A stretch of 32,000 nucleotides of DNA. Origin: an uncultured Desulfobacterales bacterium. GTDB taxonomy: Bacteria; Desulfobacterota; DSM-4660; Desulfatiglandales; HGW-15. The position numbers and the translations under genes were made by a program. Below the pieces are notes generated by a model. It saw only the letters and a program-made list of their open reading frames with translations. It had not been told where the DNA came from and did no database searches. Positions within the stretch are counted from its first letter, which is position 1. Each line of letters opens with the position of its first letter. Shown one piece after another: positions 17,608 through 25,407 of the stretch. The stretch is from contig CAZYJR010000030.1 in NCBI GenBank assembly GCA_964647905.1, positions 5,042-37,041 on the forward strand, written 5' to 3'.

Positions 17608-18567
17608 ATGCTCAACTTCAACCAACTGCGCATCTTCTATTTCGCCGCCAAGCACCTCAGCTTCACAGAGGCTGCGCGGCGTCTCTTCATAACCCAGCCT
17701 GCAGTGACCGCTCAGATAAAGCACCTGGAAGAGCACTGCAATCTCAAGCTCTTCAGGAAGAGGGGCCGCAGGGTCTGCCTTACCGAGCCGGGGGAGGCGC
17801 TCTTCGAGTACGTCAAAAGGGTCTTCGAGTACGAGCGGGAGATCGAGGACGCGATCGAGGAGCTGCGGGAGCTCAAGCGCGGGGCCCTCAAGATAGGCAC
17901 CACCAAGACCTACGCCCGGCACTTCATGCCTCTCCTGATCACCGCGTTCCACGAGGCCCATCCCGGGATCCGCATCCACCTGGATGAAGGGAGCTCCCTG
18001 GACATGATCCGAAGTCTTTTGGAGCTCAGGAACGAGGTGGCGGTGATCGCGCAGGCCGGCGGGGACCACCCGGATGTCCTTTTCACGCCCTTCAGTCACG
18101 AGGAGATGGTGGTGATCCTTGCCCCCGGCGACCCCCTGGCTCGCCGCCGGCGCCTTTCCCCTGCCGAGGTCGCAGCCCGGCCTATCATCATGAAGGAGGC
18201 CGGTTCAGGGACCCGAAAGGTGGTTAACGAGCTCTTCGAGAAAGCGGATTTGGCCCCCGAGGTCCTCATGGAGACCAGCAACACGGAGTTCATCAAGCAG
18301 TTGGTGATGCGCGGGGAGGGGGTCTCCATCCTGGTGAGGGAGGCGGTGGCCCAGGAGCTCAGGGAAGGCAAGCTGGCCTCGGCCGCCATAAAGGGCCCCG
18401 AGATTTTCCTGGATGTGAGCATCGCTCACCTGAGGGACCAGCACTTCTCCCCCCCGGCCCGCGCCTTCCTGGACATACTGGCAAGACTCAAGCCCGCAGG
18501 CTCGTCCAATGTGGGCATCGGCGCCCTTATGGCCCGCATCCTCGCAGGCAACCGCCGCACCGCCTGA
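17608..18567 (+). CDS. LysR-family transcriptional regulator (copy 1), divergent from the aromatic operon
   Basis: MLNFNQLRIFYFAAKHLSFTEAARRLFITQPAVTAQIKHLEEHCNLKLFRKRGRRVCLTEPGEAL, typical LysR HTH; substrate-binding domain follows. Confidence 0.95.
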   Translation: MLNFNQLRIFYFAAKHLSFTEAARRLFITQPAVTAQIKHLEEHCNLKLFRKRGRRVCLTEPGEALFEYVKRVFEYEREIEDAIEELRELKRGALKIGTTKTYARHFMPLLITAFHEAHPGIRIHLDEGSSLDMIRSLLELRNEVAVIAQAGGDHPDVLFTPFSHEEMVVILAPGDPLARRRRLSPAEVAARPIIMKEAGSGTRKVVNELFEKADLAPEVLMETSNTEFIKQLVMRGEGVSILVREAVAQELREGKLASAAIKGPEIFLDVSIAHLRDQHFSPPARAFLDILARLKPAGSSNVGIGALMARILAGNRRTA

Positions 18568-18587
18568 CGGTCCTCCCGAGAGCATCC

Positions 18588-18713
18588 TCAGGGAGCCAGC
18601 ACTTCGAGCCATTCCTCCTTTTCCAGAAAGGCCAGTTCAGTGGAGCGATGTATGCCGTATTTCTCCCTGAGGTATTTGGGGATGGTGACTTGGCCGCGTT
18701 CGGTTATTCGCAT
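18588..18713 (-). CDS. Small SpoVT/AbrB-type DNA-binding protein (41 aa), not in the supplied ORF track
   Basis: Manual translation: MRITERGQVTIPKYLREKYGIHRSTELAFLEKEEWLEVLAP*. RGQVTIPK..R..YGI is the AbrB/MazE swapped-hairpin signature. AAAGGAGG upstream of the ATG. Confidence 0.8.
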   Translation of the reverse strand: MRITERGQVTIPKYLREKYGIHRSTELAFLEKEEWLEVLAP

Positions 18714-18737
18714 GTAGGCCTCCTTTACGCAATTTTT

Positions 18738-18754
18738 GATAAGAATATCTTATC
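18738..18754. promoter_or_regulatory. Inverted repeat upstream of the AbrB-like gene; candidate operator
   Basis: GATAAGA-ATA-TCTTATC: perfect 7-bp arms, 3-nt spacer, 25 bp before the small ORF start on the minus strand. Confidence 0.45.
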
Positions 18755-18886
18755 TTAGGAGTATGACTCAATACATCACAGGGCTTTCTTCAAGTGTGGC
18801 CGGCATGATAAGTTGAGAAAAGCAGAATGACGAGCAACTGTGATCGGCCCGGGTTTAACAGGCCGAGTAGAGAGGAGCCTTTCCGG

Positions 18887-20152
18887 ATGACGCTTGAGGT
18901 CCATAACACCATGAGCAGGAGGCTGGAGCCCTTCGAGAGCCGGGAGCGAGGCGTGGTCAAGCTATTCACCTGCGGGCCTTCGGTTTACAGGCCTCCTCAT
19001 GTGGGCAACCACCGGACGTTCCTTTTTGAAGACATCCTCCAGAGGTACCTGGAGCATCTGGGATACCGGGTGGATCGGGTCATCAACCTGACCGACGTGG
19101 AGGACAAGGCCATAGAAGAGGCCTCCAAGAAAGGGGTGAGCATAGGGGATCTGACCCGGCCTGTGGAGGACCGATTCAGGCGGGAGGCCGGCCTTTTGGG
19201 GCTCGAGCTTCCCGGGTACCTCCCGCGGTCTTCGACCTGCGTCGGCCAAGCGGTTGAGATCATCAAGGCCCTGCTGGAGCGCGGCTGTGCCTACCGGCAC
19301 GGCGGGGACATATTCTTTGATCCCTTGAAGTTCAAGGGGTTCGGGCGACTCTACGGCCTGGACATGAGCAGGTGGCCCAAGAAGAGGCGGCGGTTTCGAA
19401 AGGACACCTATCCGGGCAGGCGGTGGAACCTCGGAGACTTCATATTGTGGCACGGATACCGGCCCAAGAGAGACGGGGCCTTCTACTGGGAGACCGAGCT
19501 GGGCAGGGGGCGCCCGGCCTGGAACATCCAGGACCCGGCCATCATAACCGAGCATCTGGGATGGAGGATAGACGTTCACTGCGGCGGGGTGGACAACCTA
19601 TACCGTCACCATGACTACACAATAGCCGTGGTCGAGGCCCTGAGCGGGGAGACCCTGGCCCCTTACTGGCTCCATGGCGAGCACGTGCTGGTGGAGGGGG
19701 CCAAGATGTCCAAGAGCAAGGGGAACATAGTGTACTTGGAGGATGTGCTGGAGCGGGGCTTTGAGGCCGAGCATATCCGGTTCCACCTGATCTGCCGGCA
19801 TTACCGGGAAAAGCTGAATCTGACCTGGGAGCGGGTGGAGGCATCGGCCCGAAAGCTCGATCGCTTCAGGGAAACGGTAAAGGCCTTGGGAATAGGGCCC
19901 CTGGGCCCCGGCTCGGTCGAGGAGGACTCTTCGGGCGAAGCGGACCCGGAGCTTGTCTCCCGATTCGAGCAAAGGATGGACCGCGACCTGGATGTGGCAG
20001 GGGCCTGGGATGCGGTGGAGCAGAGGCTCGGGGAGCTTCTGGCGGCCAAAAGAGACGGCCACCTGAATCCGCCCGAGCTGGAATCGGTGAGGAGGGCCCT
20101 GGCACGCATCGACCGGGTCCTCGGCGTCATTCATCCATTGCCGCCGCCTTGA
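18887..20152 (+). CDS. Cysteinyl-tRNA synthetase-like class I synthetase paralog with altered zinc-site residues (ORF open from 18827; likely start MTLEVHNTMSRR at 18887)
   Basis: FTCGPSVYRPPHVGNHRTFLFEDILQRYLEHLGYRV...LTDVEDKAI; PAWNIQDPAIITEHLGWRIDVHCGGVDNLYRHHDYTIAVVEA; KMSKSKGNIVYLEDVLERG. Confidence 0.85.
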   Translation: MTLEVHNTMSRRLEPFESRERGVVKLFTCGPSVYRPPHVGNHRTFLFEDILQRYLEHLGYRVDRVINLTDVEDKAIEEASKKGVSIGDLTRPVEDRFRREAGLLGLELPGYLPRSSTCVGQAVEIIKALLERGCAYRHGGDIFFDPLKFKGFGRLYGLDMSRWPKKRRRFRKDTYPGRRWNLGDFILWHGYRPKRDGAFYWETELGRGRPAWNIQDPAIITEHLGWRIDVHCGGVDNLYRHHDYTIAVVEALSGETLAPYWLHGEHVLVEGAKMSKSKGNIVYLEDVLERGFEAEHIRFHLICRHYREKLNLTWERVEASARKLDRFRETVKALGIGPLGPGSVEEDSSGEADPELVSRFEQRMDRDLDVAGAWDAVEQRLGELLAAKRDGHLNPPELESVRRALARIDRVLGVIHPLPPP

Positions 20153-21212
20153 TCGCCTCCCGCAGGGCCTTCTGATCCAGGGGAGGCGGCTGTGCGCCGG
20201 GTCTTGCCTCAAGCTCTATGGCCCCCTCCGGGCAGCCGGTCGAGCAGACACCGCATCCTATGCAGCGGTCGAGATCCGATTCAGGAGGCCCGCCGTTCAT
20301 CTCGAGAAGGGCGCCGGCCGGGCACCGCTCCACGCAGGTTCCGCACCCGGTGCAGAGATCCCGGTCCCAGACCGGGATGAACCCCGAGTTCATGGCCAAG
20401 CCGGGCTTGGAATCGGCGAGGGCGGTCTTCAGGAGCACACAGTGGCAGGGACAGCAGTTGCAAAGGAAGTCGATCTTCTGCCTGTTCAGCGTGGCATGGA
20501 CCAGCCCGGCCTCTTCGGCGCGTCTGACTATGTCCTTGGCTTCTTCCTTACCGACCCGGCGTCCCATGCCTCGGTCTATTACGAACTGCGCGCCCGCTCC
20601 CAGTTGGAGGCATACCTCGTCCGGGTTGCCGCAATGGTCGCTCTCGTCCAGCAGCCGGGCCTGGTGCCTGCAGTAGCAGGTGGCCACGGCCAGGGGGTCG
20701 CACTCCTCGATATATGAAATGACCTGGTCATAGGTGTGGATGGTGCTGCCCGCCTGGATCTTCCTGCCGACAGGTATGACCCTGGAGGTGGGAAATTTTT
20801 CTCTCGGCGGTCCGGTGCGGGCGTCAAAGGCTTCTTTGTACTCCTTGACCAGTTTGGCGATCCTCCGGTCCCTGTCAGTGGCCGTACCCCGCATGAACTG
20901 ATACTCGAATATCCCGGGGATCAGGGGCAGGGTGGCGTAAAGGGTCTCTCCTTCCTTTGCAATGGAAAAGCAGAGCCCCTTTTCAGCCATGCCCTCCAGC
21001 AAGACCCGGACCTCGCTCTCCTCCCTTCCTGTCTCCTCGGCTATTCGTGCCGCAGTATTGAGCCCCCTGGGCATATTATTGAAGACATCGGCCTCGTCCA
21101 GGGTGAAGAGCTCCTCTGCCAGCGCGTAGAACTCCGGTATGTCCATGCCCCTGTACCTGCCGCCTCTTTGGGCCAGCGTCTCGCAGAGCCGTTTGTAGAC
21201 TTCTCGAGCCAT
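20127..21212 (-). CDS. 4Fe-4S dicluster ferredoxin-type protein with additional Cys-rich motifs
   Basis: CTGCGTCVERCPAGAL and CIGCGVCSTGCPEGAI ferredoxin motifs plus TCYCRHQARLLDESDHCG and FLCNCCPCHC. Confidence 0.85.
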   Translation of the reverse strand: MAREVYKRLCETLAQRGGRYRGMDIPEFYALAEELFTLDEADVFNNMPRGLNTAARIAEETGREESEVRVLLEGMAEKGLCFSIAKEGETLYATLPLIPGIFEYQFMRGTATDRDRRIAKLVKEYKEAFDARTGPPREKFPTSRVIPVGRKIQAGSTIHTYDQVISYIEECDPLAVATCYCRHQARLLDESDHCGNPDEVCLQLGAGAQFVIDRGMGRRVGKEEAKDIVRRAEEAGLVHATLNRQKIDFLCNCCPCHCVLLKTALADSKPGLAMNSGFIPVWDRDLCTGCGTCVERCPAGALLEMNGGPPESDLDRCIGCGVCSTGCPEGAIELEARPGAQPPPLDQKALREAIKAAAMDE

Positions 21213-21215
21213 TTC

Positions 21216-22430
21216 CTATCCTCCTTTCCGGGTGCCCAGCATCTCGTCCATGAGCCGGGCGGCGAGATCGGCGAAGGTCGGGTCGTTTATATGGGACTCG
21301 GTCTCGGTTAGGGGTATACCGGGGTCGAGATCCCTCTTGAGCCTTTCCACAAGGGCCTCGCTTACCCCCGGGTCATGGAGCGGCCCGTCCGGTCCGTCCG
21401 CCTCAGACCAGCCGCCCAGGGGTATCAGGACCCGCACTTCGCCGGGCCGGCGGTTGAGCTTTTCCACCAGTTGTCCGGCGATATTCAGTGTCTCGTCCGT
21501 GCTCAGGCGCACGGCCGAGCGGAAGTCGTAGAAGAAGACCGGGCGTTCCTTGTACTCGGCCGGCACCGTCTCCCGGGTGAATTCCAGGACTGCGCAGTCC
21601 AGGCCTCCCGGGACCACCAGGCGGGGCACCGACCGGCCCGGCACAGGTTCCAGCCTCTCCGGGCCGATTCCACGGCAGTACCCGCCCTTGAGCTCGTCGG
21701 CCAGCTCGTGCGTAGCAAGGTCCAGGATGCCCTGGAACCTCCCCTCGGCGGCCAGCTCCTCCATTGCCATGCCGCCGGTGCCGTTGGCGTGAAACGCGAT
21801 CACCTCGTATCCCATGGCCTCCAGTCGCGCCTTGACCGCCTCGGCTGCGGTTGTTATGAACCCGAACATGGTGAGCGCCACCCTGGGCCTATCGGCCCCC
21901 GGTTTCCACTCGGCCCCGGCCATGCCGCAGACCGCTCCGGCCGCCTGGTCCAATATCGGGCCCAGGAGGCTGTTGACACCGAGTATGTCCGCTACACTGT
22001 GCATCATGGTGACGTCCCTGGTCCCTACGACCGCTGACATGTCCCTGCTGGCCACGGTGGAGACCAGGACCTTGGGGACGCCCACGGGCAGCGCCTTCAT
22101 GATGCCGGCGGCAAGATTGGTCCCGGTGCCCCCGCCGGCCGAGATCATGCCCTGGATTAGTCCGCGCCGGTAGAGGTCCAGGACCAGGTTGCGACCTGCA
22201 TCCATCACCGCCGTAAGGGCCTGATCGCGGCCCCTGCCGCCCTGCGGCAGGGAAAGCACCACGCCGGTGTATAGATCATGGTCCGGCGGGAAGGGCGAAG
22301 GCCCCTTGGTGCCCGCGTGTATTGTGATCGTACGGAAACCGCGGGTCCGGATCCGCTCCTTGAGGAACGAGTGCTCCTCGCCCTTGGAGTCAAAGGTCCC
22401 GAGAACGGCAATGGTCTTTTCCTTTTCCAT
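21216..22430 (-). CDS. Tm-1-like ATP-binding domain protein (UPF0261 family), copy 2; likely start MEKEKTIAVLG at 22430
   Basis: IAVLGTFDSKGEEHSFLKERI; GMISAGGGTGTNLAAGIMKALPVGVPKVLVSTVASRDM; VRVLIPLGGWSEAD. The first codon of this ORF is 3 nt from the Fe-S gene on the downstream side. Confidence 0.87.
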   Translation of the reverse strand: MEKEKTIAVLGTFDSKGEEHSFLKERIRTRGFRTITIHAGTKGPSPFPPDHDLYTGVVLSLPQGGRGRDQALTAVMDAGRNLVLDLYRRGLIQGMISAGGGTGTNLAAGIMKALPVGVPKVLVSTVASRDMSAVVGTRDVTMMHSVADILGVNSLLGPILDQAAGAVCGMAGAEWKPGADRPRVALTMFGFITTAAEAVKARLEAMGYEVIAFHANGTGGMAMEELAAEGRFQGILDLATHELADELKGGYCRGIGPERLEPVPGRSVPRLVVPGGLDCAVLEFTRETVPAEYKERPVFFYDFRSAVRLSTDETLNIAGQLVEKLNRRPGEVRVLIPLGGWSEADGPDGPLHDPGVSEALVERLKRDLDPGIPLTETESHINDPTFADLAARLMDEMLGTRKGG

Positions 22431-22565
22431 TCGCTCCTCCTGTGTTCGGTAAACATAGGGCAAGGACGGTTGGACGGTCAAAAGAATTCTGGAAGGCGCC
22501 TGGGCGCCCCTTGACATCACTGCGGGACCGAGCTAGCTCATGATAATGCCTGAAGGAGGTATGAG

Positions 22566-23006
22566 GTGGATTCACCGGGGATACCCGTTACCGACCGCAT
22601 AGTGATCCCGGAGAATGAAATCGAGGAGCACTTTGTGAGGGCGTCAGGCCCTGGCGGTCAGAACGTCAACCGGGTGGCCACGGCCGTCCAGCTTAGGTTC
22701 GACGCCGCCCGCTCCCCCTCTCTGCCGGATGACGTGCGCCGGAGACTGATGCGCCTGGCGGGGCGGAGGCTCACCAAGGACGGCATTGTAGTGATAGACG
22801 CTCGCAGGCACAGGACACAGGAGCAGAACAGGAAGGACGCCCTGGATCGCCTAGTGGCCCTGATTCGCAAGGCCTCGGAGCCGCCCCGCCCCAGGAAGCC
22901 GACCAAGCCCACACGGGCCTCCCGCAAGCGCCGCCTGGCCGGCAAGACCAAGAGAGGGAGGCTCAAGCGCCTGAGGGCGCCTGTTGAGGGGCCGGACGAC
23001 GCCTGA
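22566..23006 (+). CDS. arfB: Alternative ribosome-rescue factor / peptidyl-tRNA hydrolase ArfB (YaeJ); GTG start
   Basis: RASGPGGQNVNRVATAVQLRFD (GGQ motif), 146 aa, basic C-terminal tail KPTRASRKRRLAGKTKRGRLKRLR. Confidence 0.9.
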   Translation: MDSPGIPVTDRIVIPENEIEEHFVRASGPGGQNVNRVATAVQLRFDAARSPSLPDDVRRRLMRLAGRRLTKDGIVVIDARRHRTQEQNRKDALDRLVALIRKASEPPRPRKPTKPTRASRKRRLAGKTKRGRLKRLRAPVEGPDDA

Positions 23007-23090
23007 CAAAGGCTCTTGTTTCCGGTACCTCAATGACGGCGATTGAGGGTGAGTAGACGCCCCGGAATCGGGAGAGATCATGTTGCCGCG

Positions 23091-23807
23091 CTAGGCCGTC
23101 AGGCTGTTTGCTCGGCCTGAGAAAATATCTTCCGCCATTAGGCTCAAGTCGGCGAAAAAGAGTTCATCATCGGGCTTCGGCTCGATCCACTTGATGGCTG
23201 AGAGTTCCTGCCTTGGAAAGGATTTCAAAAGGTCGTAAAGAACGACCGGATCAAGCCCCGCCTCCTTGGACGAGGCCTCACGGAGAATAGCGGCCCAGTT
23301 GAATCTTTTTGTTTTTGCCAATGCCCATAAGTCAATGACATCCTTAGGTTCTATTCGATATAAGGCAGAGAGCTTATTGGACAAGATATTTCGCCAACTG
23401 TCAATTCGCCCGAGAATGTCATTCCACTCAATATCTCCATAGTGAGGAGCGATGTCATTAACCAGATCAATCCTGAGAACAATATTTCCATGTTCAGGGG
23501 AGTCCTGCTCAACAAAGAGCTGGACATAATCCTCGTACCTCATAATCCTGTCGGTAAGCAAGGTAAACGGCTCGTGTCTGCTCTCTTTTTCCAACTCCTC
23601 ATACAATCGCTCAGACCATTTGGGAAACTCAGGGTCACTATTCACAAAAAGATCAAGGTCATCCGAATAGCGGACAGGGTTATAATGTCTGCTTATTGCG
23701 GTACCACCGGTTAGATAAAAGGGAGCGCTGATACGTTTCACGATGGAGAGGATTCCATCCTGAAAGGGATAAAGGCTCTCCTCGTAATATCCGCCGTATT
23801 CGCTCAT
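23091..23807 (-). CDS. Nucleotidyltransferase AbiEii/AbiGii-type toxin family protein
   Basis: APFYLTGGTAISRHYNPVRYSDDLDLFVN (GGTA-S...SDDLD nucleotidyltransferase signature). Confidence 0.85.
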   Translation of the reverse strand: MSEYGGYYEESLYPFQDGILSIVKRISAPFYLTGGTAISRHYNPVRYSDDLDLFVNSDPEFPKWSERLYEELEKESRHEPFTLLTDRIMRYEDYVQLFVEQDSPEHGNIVLRIDLVNDIAPHYGDIEWNDILGRIDSWRNILSNKLSALYRIEPKDVIDLWALAKTKRFNWAAILREASSKEAGLDPVVLYDLLKSFPRQELSAIKWIEPKPDDELFFADLSLMAEDIFSGRANSLTA

Positions 23808-24066
23808 AACGCTTTCTTTGCCCCGGGAAACGAAGCTTTGCGATTCTTTCCGGAGTAAGGAGCCTTGTAACCCTCTCCTTACCCATGAGTTCCAGGATAT
23901 CGTGCCAAGGGAGCCTTTCCAAGGCTCTTATGAAAGTCCTCTCTTGATCAAACGGGCCTTCTTTTTCACGCTCTCCGAGCAGGACCTCGAGCAGCCTGTC
24001 CTCCCGGACATTATAGTCCCAACATAGGGATTGTAGGATTCTGCGTTTGCGGTCGGGGGTGATCAT
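23680..24066 (-). CDS. Hypothetical protein, probable partner/antitoxin of the AbiEii-like toxin
   Basis: 128 aa ORF immediately upstream of and overlapping the nucleotidyltransferase ORF in the same direction; no motif recognised. Confidence 0.55.
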   Translation of the reverse strand: MITPDRKRRILQSLCWDYNVREDRLLEVLLGEREKEGPFDQERTFIRALERLPWHDILELMGKERVTRLLTPERIAKLRFPGQRKRYERIRRILRGEPLSLSGWNPLHRETYQRSLLSNRWYRNKQTL

Positions 24067-24280
24067 ACGGAAACGAACTCATGAGCTTCTCTGGCCTTCT
24101 CGACCATAGCGACTCTTTACTTCCGGGGTTCCAACTTGGAGTCAAAACAGTACGCAGCACAAGACCCGAAGTCAAGAAAACACGAGCACAATTGAAAGGC
24201 GGCGGGCTTTGCTTTACATGCCGCCCGGAATCATACTAGAGTTTATGACATTAGGGAAATCGGGTTAGGGGTCCATTTCA

Positions 24281-25219
24281 ATGCTCAACCTGAACCAGCT
24301 AAGGGCCTTTTATGAGACCGCCAAGGGCGGGAGCTTCAGCCAGGCCGCGGGCAAGCTCTGCGTGAGCCAGCCGGCTGTGAACACCCAAGTTCGGCTCTTC
24401 GAGCGCGAGTGCGGCCTGAAGCTCTTCGTCAAGAAGGGGAGACTGCTCCACCTGACCGACGAGGGCAGGGCCCTTTGCGAGTTGGCCGCGGATCTCTTCG
24501 AGCAGGAGCGCAGGATAGAAGAGCTGGTGGATCAAATGAAGGGCCTCCGCACCGGGGCCCTGCGCATAGGGACGGCCAGGACCTATGCCAGACACTTCAT
24601 GCCCTATCTCATAAGGGGCTTTCACAAGGTCTACCCGGGCATACGCATCAATCTGGAGGAAGGCAGCTCCCAGGAGATGCTCCGGTCCTTGACGGAGCTG
24701 AAGAATAACCTGGCCGTGGTGGCCTGGGTCGAGGGTTATTCAGGGGTTCGGTTCCTGCCCTTCTGCAGGGAGGAGGTGCTCCTGGTTCTATCGCCCGGCC
24801 ACCCCCTGGCGGGCAAGGGCCGGGTCAGTGCGGAGGACCTTCAGAGGGAGCCTGTGATCATGAAGGAGCGCGGTTCAGGAACCAGGGGGCTGGTCGACCG
24901 CCTGTTCCAATCCCTGGGGACATCTCCCAACATACTAATGGAGAGCAGTGACGCGGAGATGATGAAGCTCTTGGTCCAACACGGCGAGGGCATGGCATTC
25001 CTGGTCAGGGAGGCGGTCTCCAGGGAGCTCGAGGCAGGGGGCCTCGTTTCCCTTCCCTACGAAGGCGGCCCGCTGGAGCTGGAGGTCTGCATTGCCCACC
25101 CAACGGATACCGAGCCATCACCCGCAGCCACGGCCTTTCTCGGCATGCTCGGCCGCGCGTGCGGCCAGTACAAGGCGCCGGGTCCGCTTGCCGGGGTCAA
25201 GGAGGGGCTTCCCGCATAG
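24281..25219 (+). CDS. LysR-family transcriptional regulator (copy 2), paralog of 17608..18567
   Basis: MLNLNQLRAFYETAKGGSFSQAAGKLCVSQPAVNTQVRLFERECGLKLFVKKGRLLHLTDEGRAL; shares TYARHFMP-LI--FH---PGIRI-L-EGSS--M-RSL-EL with copy 1. Confidence 0.94.
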   Translation: MLNLNQLRAFYETAKGGSFSQAAGKLCVSQPAVNTQVRLFERECGLKLFVKKGRLLHLTDEGRALCELAADLFEQERRIEELVDQMKGLRTGALRIGTARTYARHFMPYLIRGFHKVYPGIRINLEEGSSQEMLRSLTELKNNLAVVAWVEGYSGVRFLPFCREEVLLVLSPGHPLAGKGRVSAEDLQREPVIMKERGSGTRGLVDRLFQSLGTSPNILMESSDAEMMKLLVQHGEGMAFLVREAVSRELEAGGLVSLPYEGGPLELEVCIAHPTDTEPSPAATAFLGMLGRACGQYKAPGPLAGVKEGLPA

Positions 25220-25407
25220 CGGGAAAGCCCCTTGGAGACTATTGCCTTTCGGGCCCGGGCTCCTTCAGGGGCCAGAAGTCGAAGCAGCCGGTGTAAATGG
25301 CTATGACCGGGAAGGTGAAGCTCAAGAGGGCCGTTGCCAGCCAGAGTTCGTGTTCATACCCGGGCGGTCCGCCGGGAAGGCCTGCATCTCCTTTCCCCGG
25401 GGCCTTT

